Of a stretch of DNA of 64,000 bases, positions 14,345 to 28,479 are shown piece by piece (the stretch's first letter is position 1; every line of letters starts with the position of its first letter). This stretch comes from Epiperipatus broadwayi. Lineage: Eukaryota > Animalia > Onychophora. The notes beneath the pieces are model-generated. The model was given only the letters and a program-made list of their open reading frames with translations, was not told where the DNA came from and made no database searches. The translations under genes and the position numbers were made by a program. The stretch is taken from NCBI GenBank assembly GCA_028023455.1, contig JAQFVV010000002.1:7316001-7380000 (forward strand), given 5' to 3'.

Positions 14345-14921
14345 ACTACAACATCGGATGATCCACAACGCCTGATGGTGCTGTTTCCATGCAAAAAGCA
14401 CAGAAATATGCCATTTACAAGGCCACTCATACATCTTTCGGCCTGTAACCTATTCAAACACTAGATGAAAAATGTAAATCCCCCCAAAAAAACAAAAAAC
14501 GGGTGAAGGCCATTCATACATCTTACGCCTGTAAATTGTTCAAACACTAGATGAAAAATGTAAATCCAAAAAAAAAAAAAAGTAAACTGGTAAAAGCGTT
14601 ATTTTAAAAAAAAAATGAAATGTTTTCTTTTTTAAAAAAAAAGAATGTCAATCCAAAAAAAAAGAAACCGGTGAAAGCATTATTTAAAAAGAATGAATTT
14701 TTTTTTTTTTTTAAAAAAAAGAACGAAGTTATATCTATTTGTTTATGAATAAATAAATGTTTTAAAAAAATAAAGTTTTTAAAAAAATAAAACAACAAAG
14801 TTATATCTTTTTTTTAAAATAAATACTTAAAAAATGTAAATCAGTCCGGGTAACGTTATATCTATTTGTTTTTTATTAGCAACAGCGCCATCGAGTGGTG
14901 TGGATCATCTGATGTTGGAGT
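14345..14921. mobile_element. MITE-like element with about 41-bp imperfect TIRs and internal ~80-bp tandem repeats
   Basis: ACTACAACATCGGATGATCCACAACGCCTGATGGTGCTGTT (14345-14385) versus reverse complement of 14881-14921; internal units AAGGCCA.TCATACATCTT...CACTAGATGAAAAATGTAAATCC near 14419 and 14506. Confidence 0.7.
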
Positions 14922-17394
14922 CAGTATAATTCTTGCAATACATATAGTGACTTTTGCCTGTTTTAATCAAATTTATGTGTGTGATTTCTGCCTTCGTAAA
15001 TATAATAAAAACCAACTGCATTTTTTAAAAGTAAAAATTGAGTTGCATGCATTTTGGTACCATCAATTAATAAAGTCTATCCAGAAGATATTTTAGATAA
15101 TTTTAAACTAAGCTTTTATACTAGGCAGTATTATAAGAGACAAATTAATTCCATTTTTGATCATTTTATCAGCCATAATATCAAAAGCAGTGATTAATTG
15201 ATTTCATTTAGCAATAAAAGCAAAAAATATTTATTTTTATATTTTATGCCAATGTCTATTAATCCCAATGGCAAAATATAAGGTTACAATATATATATAA
15301 ATGTATGTGTAAACAAACATGTATGGATTAAGCTCCAGTAAAAGTGCTAATAGCTTAATTGTTTAATATTTATGCCATTTAAAAAACTGATTCTACAGTA
15401 TGTAATGCTTTTTGAAATTATTCTTCATCAGTTGCTAGAGCACTACTAATCTTTCACACAGTATAGCCATTGATATTCATATATTAATAATGTTAGAATA
15501 ACCAAAATTAAAGTCTCACTTATCAATGCAATTACATTTTTACAAATTAGCATATTTTGATATAGATAAACAATAAACATGTCATATTAAATTTGTTTTA
15601 CTTGAGTAATTAACTGTACAAATAAATATTCAATTTAATTTAATTTAAAAAGTAGGCTTAATATGAATCTGCTTTATTTAATATTTAGTTACACTGAAGT
15701 AAGATGACATATAGAAAATGACTGCATTAATATTTGACACTTTAAAATTAAGATGGTCATTCTAATGTTATTAATAAATGAATATTGTTTGTAATTCTAT
15801 GTAAAAGATTGTTAATATACTAGGAAGATCCCAAGAAACATAAAATAGTTAATTGATTTTTTATATATGATATGACAATTCAACTGCAAATATTTCAAGT
15901 GCTTTGATTGGATATTGCATCAATATTCACACAATCAGAGATTATGTTTAATAATAGTGAATCTCAGAATTTTTCAATGCATATCTTAATTATTAATAGC
16001 ATTATACAAAGTAAAAAATAAACCAATTTCTCAAATTAGATATGTAAACATAAACAATGGAAATTAAAAGATTATATCCATACAAACAGAGATAACATAG
16101 ATATGATCTGTTAATTTCCATTATTTGTATCACACATACATTATATATATATTTCAAAAAGAAGATACTTTTAACTGATGTGATGGAGACTTAAACATCT
16201 GTCACCTAAACTACATCAGCAATCATAGCTTTTTATAATAATGTATGTATAATATTTGTCTGGGATTCATTATTAAAGTAAGCAAATTTAAAAGTTTTAT
16301 AATACGTGGTTTCTTACACCTATATGTGTAAATTATATTGCTTTGTCTTTACATCAAAACAAAAGTGGAGATCAGAAAAGGAATTCCTTTTGAATGCATT
16401 AGTGCTGATAGTTTCACTTTTTTCTTTGCTTTGTACAGTTAACCTTGATTAGCTACTGTCCTTTTTAATTAAATAATTATAAATAGAAAGCTCCACATAT
16501 TAAAATATTTCCATCTCAAGATGCATTAAATATTATATATATAGTGCAATATATTTATTTTATAATAAAAATCTGTAAACACAATTATTATTGAGAAATT
16601 TTAGCAATTAAACTATAATGGTTCAAATGTGACTGGAAATTGTCCCTACCTTGCATAGTATTTGCTTATTATAGTTAATGATCTGAATATAATGTTTAGT
16701 TAGGACCCTGCACTTATAGATTTATGCTGGAAAATAAATTTTATTACAAAACTTCTATTAATATAAAAATGTATGACTCCTATTCTATCATAATTGATAG
16801 TGTTTAAGTTTCTAATAATTGATTAAGATTATGTTCAGCAATGAAATACACACCAACACTAAGTATGTGAGATGATTGATCATTTTTATGCAGAATAGAA
16901 TTTATCAATGTTTAAGATAGGCATTGCAATAAAGTATCAATATTTCCTCTGTTATATATTGTACTGTTTTACACAATAGCACTCTTTAACCATGTTAATA
17001 TATTATAAACTTGATAAAACAAATAGGTTTAGAATAAAAAATTGAAAAGATAATTAAATAGGTAAAAGAAGAAAAATTAACAATTGTGCAGAGAATGGAA
17101 ACTGTCTGAACAGGAGTTGAACACCATCCCATCTTAGTCTCAGCTTTACTCAAAATAAAATAAATTAATAATTTGTACTTAATAGGTAAATGAACAAAAT
17201 TACTTCTGACATTTTCCCTTCACAACAATAATTACTAAACTTATTAAAAAAGTGCAATTTATTAAATGGTAATATGGCAAATTCCAGAGATTTTTCAATA
17301 ATAGAAATGGACATAATCAATGCTTGTTAAAACTAATTGCAAATGGAAATAAAAAGTATAAAAAATAAAAAAATTATAATATCGCTGTCCCTCT

Positions 17395-17580
17395 TTTCAG
17401 CAATTTTATTTATCTATATGTTTATCAATTTTTTTTAAAAAGAAAAATTAAGATATTAACTTTCACTTTTTTAAAATGTGGTTTTAATAAACTAAAATTG
17501 ATTTTTCTTTTCTCTTTATCTTCTAAAGAAATGAAAAATATTTTGCAAAATTAAAAGATCCTGTTTCTAATAATTAAGAA
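17395..17580. repeat. AT-rich dispersed repeat, also at 59055-59260
   Basis: Shared AATTTTATTTAT.TATATG.TTATCAATTT ... AAATTAAGATATTAAC ... TAAAGAAATGAAAAATATTT. Confidence 0.6.
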
Positions 17581-20500
17581 GAAAAAATAACTACCAAAAT
17601 TCTTTCAACAATTAGGATATAATTGGAATTTTAATTCATTAAAAAAGAGGGAAATAATATTTTTGTAAAAGGAGAACAAATTGATTAAGATTTAATGCTG
17701 TTATATCTGAAATAGTATGTAATTGTATGGATAACAAGATTGTTTTCAAAAAATAAAAAGATAGGAGTGAAGGAAGTAGACATCAGTATCTAGATAATAA
17801 AAGACATTTCTGTCCAGTTATTGAAAGTAGAACAGCAGAATCAGCCAAGCTCTTAAAAGAAGAATAATGAAAAGTTACCAAAAATGATTTTTAAAATGGA
17901 GTTGAAGGCAGCCATGTGCTAAATTTAACTAAAAGCTGAGTATCATCAATTCAACATGTAACTTGGTTTGCTAAAAAAAATGTAGAAGAGAATGAATATA
18001 CCTGAAAGAAAATTTCAATATTCCTTGTGTGTCCATTCATAACCATGACTGCCTCAGACTATTCTAATCTGACTGGAAAATCTGTGTTGATCTGGAAATT
18101 ATTATTGTCATTTTAAATTGAAAACTTGAAGCTACAAAAACAAATTAATGAGAGAACATTAAAAATAATGATTAAATTCACTTTGAGTTAACCTATCCTG
18201 AAAATTATTATAATTTTAAAATAAACACTTGAAACTACACAACTGAAAATTATAATTACAAAAAAGACTAAAAGAATGAAACTATGGTAAAATAAAATGC
18301 TTTGCTTATATGTATGTTCATTTATGAATCTTAATAAATAACAATGAATGATTTTTTGTTTTATTCTAAACATTATTTCTTCTCTCAAAATGTTGAAATG
18401 TACAGGACATGTTCATTTTAAAAAGAAGAGTGAAAGGTTTTAGCTAATTTAAATTTTTTTATTTTATTGTGGAAACCTGTTTTCAGATTAAAACTTTGTA
18501 CTAAAAATATTGAGTTAAAGTCCATGTTAACTGAGTTATAAGAAGCAACAGAAAATAATCTTATTTGTTATGCTCTAATCTAGTTTAGAAAGCAAGAACT
18601 CTATAGAATATTACTATAAGCAAATGATAAATAAATAAATAAAGCAATTTATTCTAAATCACTTTGAATAATTTATAGATTTACCCTACTACAAGTAAAT
18701 AGTTTTATTGGGATAATTTAAAAAAATCCTAGAACACTAAGCTGTCTTGAAATAAAGTCATGCACACTGCTAATTTATGTAACAGGAGTTGGAAAAAATA
18801 AAGACTAAAAATGTTTTAAAACAATTATTTAATAACTAATTGATTAACAATAAATAAAAGAAATTGACATGATAGTATAAAATTTTGAACATTCATTTTA
18901 TCCAAAAAATACATAGTTTCATAAAAATTATATTAACTAGTTCATTTTCATTCATTAAATTAACTTTTAATTCATTAAGTTATTTCTTAAAACAACATTT
19001 TCAAAAAAAAATCAAAGTTCATGATTATTGACTTAGCTTAATTAACCTTTTGTTAAATTTTAGGAGGGGACAATGAATGAAAAGGAAATAACATTCCAAA
19101 AATTAAATTTAAATTTTAAAAAAATTACATTTTCAATAAACAAATTCTTTTATAATTGAAAGAGAAAATTGAATGAATTTAAAAAAATATGTTTCACAAT
19201 TTGGAAATAATAATAAAAATATTTAAAATTATCAATTCTTACAAAAAAAAACTTTGTATAAAAAATCTCCCTTTTTTATAAATGAAAAGACAGTGTGCAC
19301 ACAAAAATATATTTAACTATGGTTTTATTTTTTTATTTTGTTCTTCCCAATTAGAATTTTCAGTTTCCAGTTGAGTTTATTTAAGGCTTCTACACATTAA
19401 CAGGACTAATTTGTCCTTTTCCTGATGTATAGCATTTCTAGGTTAAAAAGAACAACTTTTATCCATTACTTTAAACTAAAATTTTCAGATGAGACTAACA
19501 CATACAGGACTCATGTTCTTGGTTGAAGACAAGGTTGCAGATTACTTTAAGGGGTAATTTCTCTACATTTTATTCCAGTGAAGGCAGGTTACATGAAGAA
19601 AAATGATGTTTAGTTTTTAGATAAATTTAGCACATGGTTTCTATTATAAAACCCATTTTTATAACTAAATTCATAGTATGCTCAAAGCTTGTTTAAAACT
19701 TATGTTCTATGCAACAGCTTAGTTAAGATGTCTGCTGTACTATGCAACAGCTTGATGAAGACTTCTGCTTCTTTTCACCTTATCAGATGGATTAAGATTT
19801 GACTGATCTCTTTTTACTGCTAAGTTAGGAATAATTTCTTCTTACCAGTCACTTGGCTTTTTTGATCTATTCACACTCCCATTATTTTTTTTCTAGAACA
19901 ATCTTGACTACAAGCCAATCACAATCTGTCTCTAACATGACAATAGGTAATTTTTACAAACACAGTTGTTTAACTATTTCCCTTATTAAACTATGACATT
20001 GAAAAACAAGCCAAGAACTTAAATTATCATCATAAAATTCCTGACATTCCTTTCTAATTAAAATTTTTTCTTGCAAAAAGAAAACAAGACAATCTGTTGA
20101 TTGCACTGATTTGATTTTTGCACAGAAGAGAGATAAAAAAAACAGAAAAAAAACAATACTGATTAATTAAAAATAAAATTTTCCAAAAGTATTAAAATTG
20201 CCCCCCCTCTTTCTGAAAATACTATTAACCTTAAAAATTTCTCTCTCCTTTAATGTTAAAATTAATATTTATTAAATAATTTACAAAAAGAGAAAATTAT
20301 TTTTCTCTTAGTACACTTTCATAGTTTAAATTAAAACTACTAATTAATTATAATTATTGAAGAGAAAGAAAGAAAAAATGTAAATACATTATTTTATAAA
20401 TTTCTCTTTCTTTTACAATCATTTATAACTTATTAAAATATTCACATATTAAAATCATATTATTATTTAACAACTTAAATGTTTGAGAATTCTTACAATA

Positions 20501-21177
20501 TCATTTTGGAACTTAAAATATTTAGTTAATTGAAGACCCATTATTATTATTATTATTATAAAAAATATGTTTGGGGAAATTAAATATTATTTTCCCCATT
20601 AAATTAAATAACTCTAAACTAAACTTGAGAAGCATGCCAAGTATCTACTTATTTTTTTAGTGTATCTATATAGCCAAATGCTTACTACATATATATAAAC
20701 AATCTACTTATTTTATTTTATAACACATTTATATTACATATTTGATATTCATTCATAATTCAAATTTGCTTCTTATGCTATATTTAATATTATATTCCAG
20801 CTCATTATCCACGAACCTCTATATATTAAATCCCATTTGTAATTTCAAAATGTTCATATCACATTAATTTTATTTTTTTAAAAACAAATAACAAAATATA
20901 AATAAACAGTTATATGTTGAACTTTATTCATCGTGTAGTTAATTCTTAAATGTTTTTTTTTTTAAAAATCAAACTTTATATTTTTCAATATATATTCAAA
21001 TGTTAATAACAATAGATTAGTATTAAAAAACATTTTTGAATAACATTTTTATCTCTTTTTCAGATATTTTTAGCCTGACCAGGTGATAATAGTTGCATGG
21101 AAATTTAATGGGTGGTGATTTAGATTTATATATATTTGAATAGCTTTTTTTGTTTGAAAACTTACTTTGTGCCAGAA

Positions 21178-21246
21178 GTACCAACACTGGAATTGATCCT
21201 AGGACCTCACATTTCAGAATATAACACTATACAACTATGCTAAACC
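21178..21246 (-). mobile_element. Degenerate tRNA-derived SINE head
   Basis: Minus strand GGTTTAGCATAGTTGTATAGTG...GTCCTAGGATCAATTCCAGTGTTGGTAC: A-box-like and B-box-like motifs at tRNA spacing. Confidence 0.45.
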
Positions 21247-21752
21247 ATAAAAGGCATCTTAAAATGTTGAATAGTAAATTCAAAATAATTCTCTAACCAA
21301 ATAAGTCATATGGCATTAGCATAATTGTTCAGATTATTAGTGCATCATTTTAAATTCAATATTCATGAATCTAAAAGTGACTGGTTATGCTAATCTTATC
21401 AACAATCAAGTCCAGCAATATCGGAATAATAACACGTTTTTTTAATATTAACATGTGTGCTGTTATTAATAGTTAAATGTATTTGCAAAGGTATAAATAA
21501 AGTTTGATTTTTTTCAGGAAATATTTAGCAATTAATTAGATGATGAAAATAGCTCCTACTTCACTTCATCATAAGCTTTAAGACAAACATATATACGTAT
21601 AAGCTATTAATATATGGATTAATCTTTTTCAACAAATATTAATCATTATAAAGAACCTTTCATAAACTTCCTAACAAATGAACACATACAAATAATTATT
21701 TAGCATGTAAGTAAATAATTTAAAAGTAATAAATATTTTTTTCATAAATTAC

Positions 21753-21786
21753 CTGGGTTTTTTAATGGATTCAGATACCCGTTTAA
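21753..21786 (-). CDS. Candidate 34-nt coding exon (LNGYLNPLKNP), unknown gene
   Basis: Acceptor TTCTACATTTTAG, donor CAG|GTAATT, open in phase 0, compatible with the candidate exon at 23500-23549. Confidence 0.3.
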
Positions 21787-22383
21787 CTAAAATGTAGAAT
21801 TTAAAACAGAAAGTATGCAAATAATATTAACTATAAAGAATTTTCAAACATATCTGGAATTTATATTCAGGCAGATAATAAATTTGTAAAGTCATAATTT
21901 TTTTTAAAAATGCATTCATTCCCTTTTTAAAATTATATTGTAGAAATAAATTATTTTCTATTTTTGTATTTAATTTGTAGTTATGGTGCAACTAAGTTTC
22001 CACATACCAATTCTTTATGTTGTATACACTTTTGTATTGAAAATACTACTACATTCCATTCTCTCTTTGTTATATAGTTACTTCATTCTATTCTTTGAAA
22101 ATGTATACAATATCAGAATAATAAATCAATAAGCTGACCAATAAACTGTCATTAGTATATATAAAAACCGAAGTTATATAGTTAGGATATAATGAATTTA
22201 GATTGAAAAAAATAATTATAATAATTATAATCACATGATCACATTTCCTATACTAGCACATTAATTGTTGATAAACAGAGCAAAACTCTCAATACAGTAT
22301 TGCCACCTGTGCTAAACAGAGTAATCAATGGATGCCAGAAGGCTTGTGCATAAAATCCCTGTCTAATGCCTACTCATCCAATA

Positions 22384-22425
22384 TCCCCAGACTAGTTTCT
22401 GGCTTGTGGCCTTTGTCAGTGAGGA
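22384..22425 (-). ncRNA. Hammerhead ribozyme motif, family B, core-mutated (CUGACAA)
   Basis: Minus strand TCCTCA-CTGACAA-AGGC-CACAA-GCCA-GAAAC-TA-GTC-TGGGGA; G8 changed to A. Confidence 0.6.
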
Positions 22426-23136
22426 GCTTTGGATCTGAGAGCACTGCATCTAGATCTTAGGATCTAGTGCAACCCTCTAGCAAACACCTTTTATCTCTAC
22501 TTAACTACAAAACTATGAGAATGAAATTGAAAACAAAAAAAATATTTTCAATCTAAGCTCAATAGCTTATATAGTCATATGGGTCTAAACTCAGTTCAGC
22601 AACCATACATTTTGGTGTCTTTGGCTCTTTTACAACCATAGCCACCACTATCCTATTAGGCAGGATTGGTGTTAAACTATTAAGCATCAGATGATCACAT
22701 TTCCTATACTAGCACATTAATTGTTGATAAACAGAGCAAAACTCTCCATACAGTATGCATAAGCCTTCTGGCATCCATTGATTACTCTGTTTAGCACAGG
22801 TGGCAATACTGTATGGAGAGTTTTGCTCTGTTTATCAACAATTAATGTGCTAGTATAGAAAATGTGATCATGTGATGCTTAATGGTGTAACACCAATCCT
22901 GCCTAATAGGATAGTGGTGGCTATGGTTGTAAAAGAACCAAAGACACCAAAATGTATGGGTGCTGAACTGAGTTCAGACCCATATGACTGTATAAGCTAT
23001 TGAGCTTAGATTGAAAATATTTTTTGTGTTTTCAATTTCATTCTCATAGTTTTGTAGTTAAGTAGAGATAAAAGGTGGTTGCTAGAGGGTTGCATTAGAT
23101 CCTAAGATCTAGATGCAGTGCTCTCAGATCCAAAGC

Positions 23137-23178
23137 TCCTCACTGATGAAGGCCACAAGCCAGAAACTAGTCTGGGGA
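23137..23178 (+). ncRNA. Minimal type I hammerhead ribozyme, family B
   Basis: TCCTCA-CTGATGA(23143-23149)-A-GGC-CACAA-GCC-A-GAAAC(23163-23167)-TA-GTC(23170-23172)-TGGGGA: 6-bp stem I with one G.U, 3-bp stem II, palindromic 2-bp stem III, GUC triplet. Confidence 0.8.
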
Positions 23179-23499
23179 TATTGGATGAGTAGGCATTAGA
23201 TAGGGATTTTATGCACAAACCTTTGGCATCCATTGATTACTCTGTTTAGCACAGGTGGCAATACTGTATGGAGAGTTTTGCTCTGTTTATATAATAATTA
23301 TAATAATTATATTTAAAATGTGTTGAAACATCCATAAAATATATGTATTATTTTGTTGTAATGATATATTTTAATATATGTATATTGTTATGGTCAAAAT
23401 GACATTGATAATATATATGGGGTGGCTATACTTTGTGTCCACTAATATGCATGCAATAACATAATAATTATAAGGATATTACATAAACAATATACTTAC

Positions 23500-23549
23500 T
23501 TCATCTTTCAGGGATGAGTTGCTGATCATCATCAAATTCTTGTAGCTAC
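23500..23549 (-). CDS. Candidate 50-nt coding exon (xSYKNLMMISNSSLKDE), unknown gene
   Basis: Acceptor GTGATTTTTCTAG, donor GAA|GTAAGT; only one frame is open. Confidence 0.35.
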
Positions 23550-25689
23550 CTAGAAAAATCACATATAACATGAATTACTATTAGCATATAAAAGCGATTT
23601 ATCCGCTGAAGAAGAAGCTGTAAGTATCAACCAAAAAAATCAAATCAATTTAGGCCTAGTACTTTTGAGGTTTTCCCTCACATTCATGGCCAAAATAAGT
23701 TATAAACATTGTTGTAATGTTATAAAATAATAAAATATGCAAATGCAAATTAATTTGTCCATTTTCTCGAAATAGAAAAACATGTATCGCGTCTATTTAT
23801 GGCATTGTTATCACTGGTAAATCTTGATAGTGAAACCTGACAATTTTTATATAAATTAATTGAAACTTCTAGCATTATCACTTGAGTATGAGGTGCCTTT
23901 TTGCAAGGTAAATTTTAGCATTTCATCCACTCGATTCTATAAAATAAAATTTGAAAATTAAAAGACATTTCTCCTCAACGCTTTCCCAAGAAAAACTTGA
24001 AAATATGACTAGTCATTTCACTTCTTTAGTAAATACCTTTTTTTGGTTATTTACTTCTATGAAATAAATCTGGAGAATAAAATACATGCTAACATAAAAC
24101 AAATTAATGTTTAAAAAATATTTTTAAAATAATAATTAAATAAGACCTTAAAATGAAAATATTTATTTTGTAAATTTGAAATTTTTTATTTTAAGTTTTC
24201 ATATTATTTTGTGGACAATCCTGAAAATTTGCTAGTAGAGATAGGAAATATTTGCAAAATTTTTTTTAAAAATATCTAAGTGTTTTTATCATATTTAAAA
24301 GAACTACCACCACCACACATCCATGAATACATGCATTGCTCCCCTACTCTTTTTGGGTCAGCTCTGATATTATATAAGTAATTCTAGTTTACTTATCTAG
24401 TTATCAACAATATAATCTACAACCAGAATATGATTTTTTAGAATGCTTCACTTCTGATCTTTATTCCACATAGTTGTGGAGAATCTGATTTATCTCCATT
24501 ATTTTTTCTGAACAATATTTACATCAACTGTTAAACAGCAAGTCAATAATTTATTAAAAACAGTTCTTGTTTGTTTTAACACCTATTCAAAATCTCTCAA
24601 GCATAAACTTATTCACATTTTCTATTAATAAAGTTATACTCCTTCAATAATAAAATATTTACGCTATGTAGTCCAACATTTTAAATTTTCATCCATTTTT
24701 TATTGATATAACTTTTATATTTCATTACAACTACCATTTTATGTCACTTTTAAATAACATGGCTGATATAATTTTTAAATTTCATTACAACCTTGCTTTT
24801 TGTTTTAATAATCCATTAGTTACTTTTAATTCAGAACCTCTCATACATCTAACTTGTCTACATTTTTTTAACAAAAAAGTTTCACATGTTTTCATTCTAT
24901 AATAAAATATTTACACTACTACATTATTTTATCTTTTAATGCATATTAGTAACAAAGTCCTATTATATAGTTTGACAATTAGGGATTTAGCCAGGTTTTA
25001 GTTAAGGGAAGAAATTTTAAATGCTCATACTTAAATTGTTTTAAACACAATTAAAATGCCTTGTACTTTATTTATTCGTAGGTTATGTTGAATAACTATA
25101 ACAAAAATCAAACCCTTGATTTATTTCATCAGATACAATTTTTAGACTTTGCCAACACTGCAAACTTGTATGGGTTTGCAATAAATAATATTGTTACTAT
25201 GAAATTTATTAAGAATTAAATATTTTAACATGCTATAATACCTTTTTAAAAATTATATTTTTTACTCATTCTGTTTTCCTTAAACTTGAACCATAGTATG
25301 AATTATGAGTTTTTAGCTATCCAGTGAACACCTGTTTAGTAAAACATGTAAAAAGATAATATAGCATATAAATAAAAAGATAATATTATTAAAAATAGGA
25401 AAATCCATTTATTAAAACATGTGATAAGATAATATGGCATAATAAAAAAAAGAAAAATAACATTGTTATTAAAAAAGTTTTGCATAAGACAGTATCAGAA
25501 TCAATCTTAAGAACTCGTGTTCTAGAGTTGGCCAATCTATTAGTATGTAAACTGAATAAGACACTTAAAAGTCTGTAAAAAAATCATTGATAAAAATAAT
25601 TTCATCACATGCAGAATTACTGTAATAATGAGGCAATATTTTCAAAATAAGTTTTATTTTTAAATAAATTAATAATAATAATATGTTAC

Positions 25690-26040
25690 TTTTCATAAAA
25701 ATTAAAATATTTGAATAAAAGTGACTGGGAAATCTAAACATTTTATTTACATATAAATTTTATTAATTATAATGATAAAAGGATGACAGCCTGTTCCGTT
25801 TTGTGTAATGATAGAGTATATATAATATATACTTCAAGGCTTGAGCAATTGTTACATTAAGTTTAAGTAAAGAAGTATTTTTCTTATATTTAAATAAAAA
25901 TATTTACAATCAGAATTTGTTTCTAGCAATAAAGTGATTCAGAAATCTAAACATTTACATATAAGCTTTATTAAATATCATGACAAAATAACTCAACCTA
26001 TTCAATTTAGTATAATGATAAGAGTATATATATATATTGT
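25690..26040. repeat. AT-rich repeat, about 1.7 tandem units, with another copy at 30240-30370
   Basis: AAAGTGA...GAAATCTAAACATTT(TATT)TACATATAA recurs near 25718 and 25931; AGTTTAAGTAAAGAAGTATT at 25860 and 30244. Confidence 0.6.
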
Positions 26041-26149
26041 AGATATATGACTCATTTCACCCACATATATATTATTTAATTAAGAAAAAAAAATTTTTTT
26101 CTTTTATATATATAGATTTATGTGTGTATTTATTATTATATAGTTTATA

Positions 26150-26960
26150 AATAGTTAATAAATAAGCAGTTGTAGAGAGAGAAGGTAATGAGAAACAATA
26201 TTTAATATAGGGATTTATTATATTTCATTAATTAATGTGTTGAAATTATTTACCTATATTCTTATTAAATAAAGAAGATCAGAAAGAAAGTGTAAAATAA
26301 AGCGATCAAGATTAATAGATTAGGATATGAAAATGTACACATATGAGTATGAATATTTTAAACATCAAACATTTTTACACAAATATTTTAATGACTAAGA
26401 TTGCAGGCTTTGTTGTTTTTGTGTTATCTAGATTGTAGATATCTAGAGAAGGAAGTGATGCTTGGAAGGAATGAAAGTAACAATTAATTCTAAGTTTTTA
26501 TTAATTGCGACAGACCATCAAACTTGTGAAGCTTTGATCTTTATCTCAAGATAAAATTTCCAGGTGGTAATTTTCTTTGATCAAAGATTCGCAATATAAA
26601 TGAATGAAACAATATTTAGAGCCTGTCAGTTTTTTTTAATATGATTAAGGAAGAGATGTAAGCGATTAGTTTTTTTTTTTAATATTATTAAAGAAGAGAT
26701 GTGGTGATCAGTTTATTCATTATTATTAGACAGAGATGTAGTGATTGAGTTCGTGAAAACCAAAAGAAATGGACAGTTTGCATATTTTTTTCAAAAGAGA
26801 GTGAGCGATTGATTTTTTTTTCACTCTTTAAAAATTGAGGAAGGAGAAAAATGACTCTTATTTTAAAGTCAGTATAGATGAAGATGTGCACATATATAAG
26901 TAATTCCCAGAAATATTAAGATAAGAAAGAAGTGGAACAAAATTGAATTTTTTGGAAGAA
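26150..26960 (-). pseudogene. Possible decayed Penelope-like RT fragment
   Basis: Minus strand SLPSLDI (LPFLD-like motif) near 26450, preceded by a GS...ESL segment; many stops; a ~38-bp triple repeat at 26625-26745. Confidence 0.3.
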
Positions 26961-28479
26961 ATTATTTATAGTTCTATAAAATGATATTGATATATTTTGC
27001 TGTGTATCATACAATGAATTTGCATTGCTAAAGCCACTTCTTCTGCTTCCTAAAATCTGACATCTATGAGTTAACTCACTGATCTATCCATGGACTTATA
27101 CCAAAAGTCCATTATAACCAACAGAATGATCGAGTTTAAAGCCAACCACACAAGCTATTTGAAATGCTTCTTTTCTGGCTCCTGGCCCATTAAGGGTTCA
27201 TGGCCTTGGAATGGAGGGAGAAGGAAAAAGAAGAGAAAAGAAGAAAAGATGAATAAAAAACCATATATAGCCAAGTTTGAAGCTATGAATCAATTTTGTT
27301 AAAGTTTTCCTCATAGTCATCTAAAGTGTCTACAATGATTTTTTTTTGAAATGGTAGAAGCAAGCCAGTCAATGAATTCAGCATTATCAAAAGTATCAAC
27401 AATAAATAATTTTAAAATTGTGGAAATAAGCAAGTCAATTAATTCATGTTTATCTTAAAAGTATCTGCAAAAACTTGTTTTTTTTAAATGGAGCAAATCA
27501 ACTTATTGAAGCTATACATGAGACAAGCAGTCTGAAAATTCAAACTTGAGACATTTATAAAAAGTGAAAATAATTGGGTAACTATGAACTTTCATTAACA
27601 GATCTTTTATTCTTACTTATTAAAAGTAAACCTTAATTTATTGGTCAAAGCATTTTTACTTTTGATACAGTAACATTAAAGGCTTGTTTATCGATAGTTA
27701 TTCTCAATATCACATAACATAACACAAACACAGTTTAAATCTTTAAACTTAAATTTTCATTATTTTTTTTTTATTATTTTTTTTTATTACATATTGTAAT
27801 ATTGAAATGTTTTTTTTATTGTTCTTCATTTATTATGATAATGAGCAACCTATAAATATATGCATTTATAATGTTTTTTTTATCTTGTTGCATATTAAAA
27901 ATGATATAATGTATTTTATTTTATTTTGCTCAAGGTTGCAAGAATATTTTTTATATATGTGATTTATGTATTAATCTCTAATATAAGGGAACACATTTTA
28001 AAAATATATGTTGACATATCACAGGGTGTGTGTGCATGTGTAACTGCTTATACAAACACATCAAAAGAATAGGTTATGCATGATTAGTTTAAATATGGTA
28101 AATTTAAAAGCAAGGTTCACATTTGAATGGAAATGAAATAAAACACACAAGTTACATATGAAATTTATTTTTATGATATAATAAGTTAGGAAAGTCTTTA
28201 GTAAGCATTCAATGAAATATTTTTTAAAAAAATGTCATTTTAAGCCAGCTTATTTTAAAATATCCAAAATGACAAACTTGTATATTAAATTTATTTGGTT
28301 ATGCTTATATAAAATTTTGTGTTAGTTCTATATTTAATTAGTGTAATAATAAGCCATTTATCTAATTAGTAAATTTGATTTAAAAGGATAAAAAGAAGGA
28401 AGAGTAGTATTAATAAATATAATTATATATATCTTAAATGGTTTCCAAGTTATTATTAAAAATATTGTTTTTCTTGTCT

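Larger units (their letters stand above)
22230..23292. mobile_element. Family B inverted-dimer HHR retroelement (monomer about 455 bp)
   Basis: Near-perfect 1.06-kb palindrome centred near 22757. Each arm has a 455/456-bp period (GCATCC at 22771 and 23226; GATCACATTTCC at 22237 and 22693). AATAATTATAATAATTATA flanks at 22211-22229 and 23293-23311. Confidence 0.9.

Noticed and set aside
15400-15440. Minus-strand CTGATGA-AGAATAATTTC-AAAAAG
   Set aside because: No GAAA and no stem I complement; chance match in AT-rich DNA.
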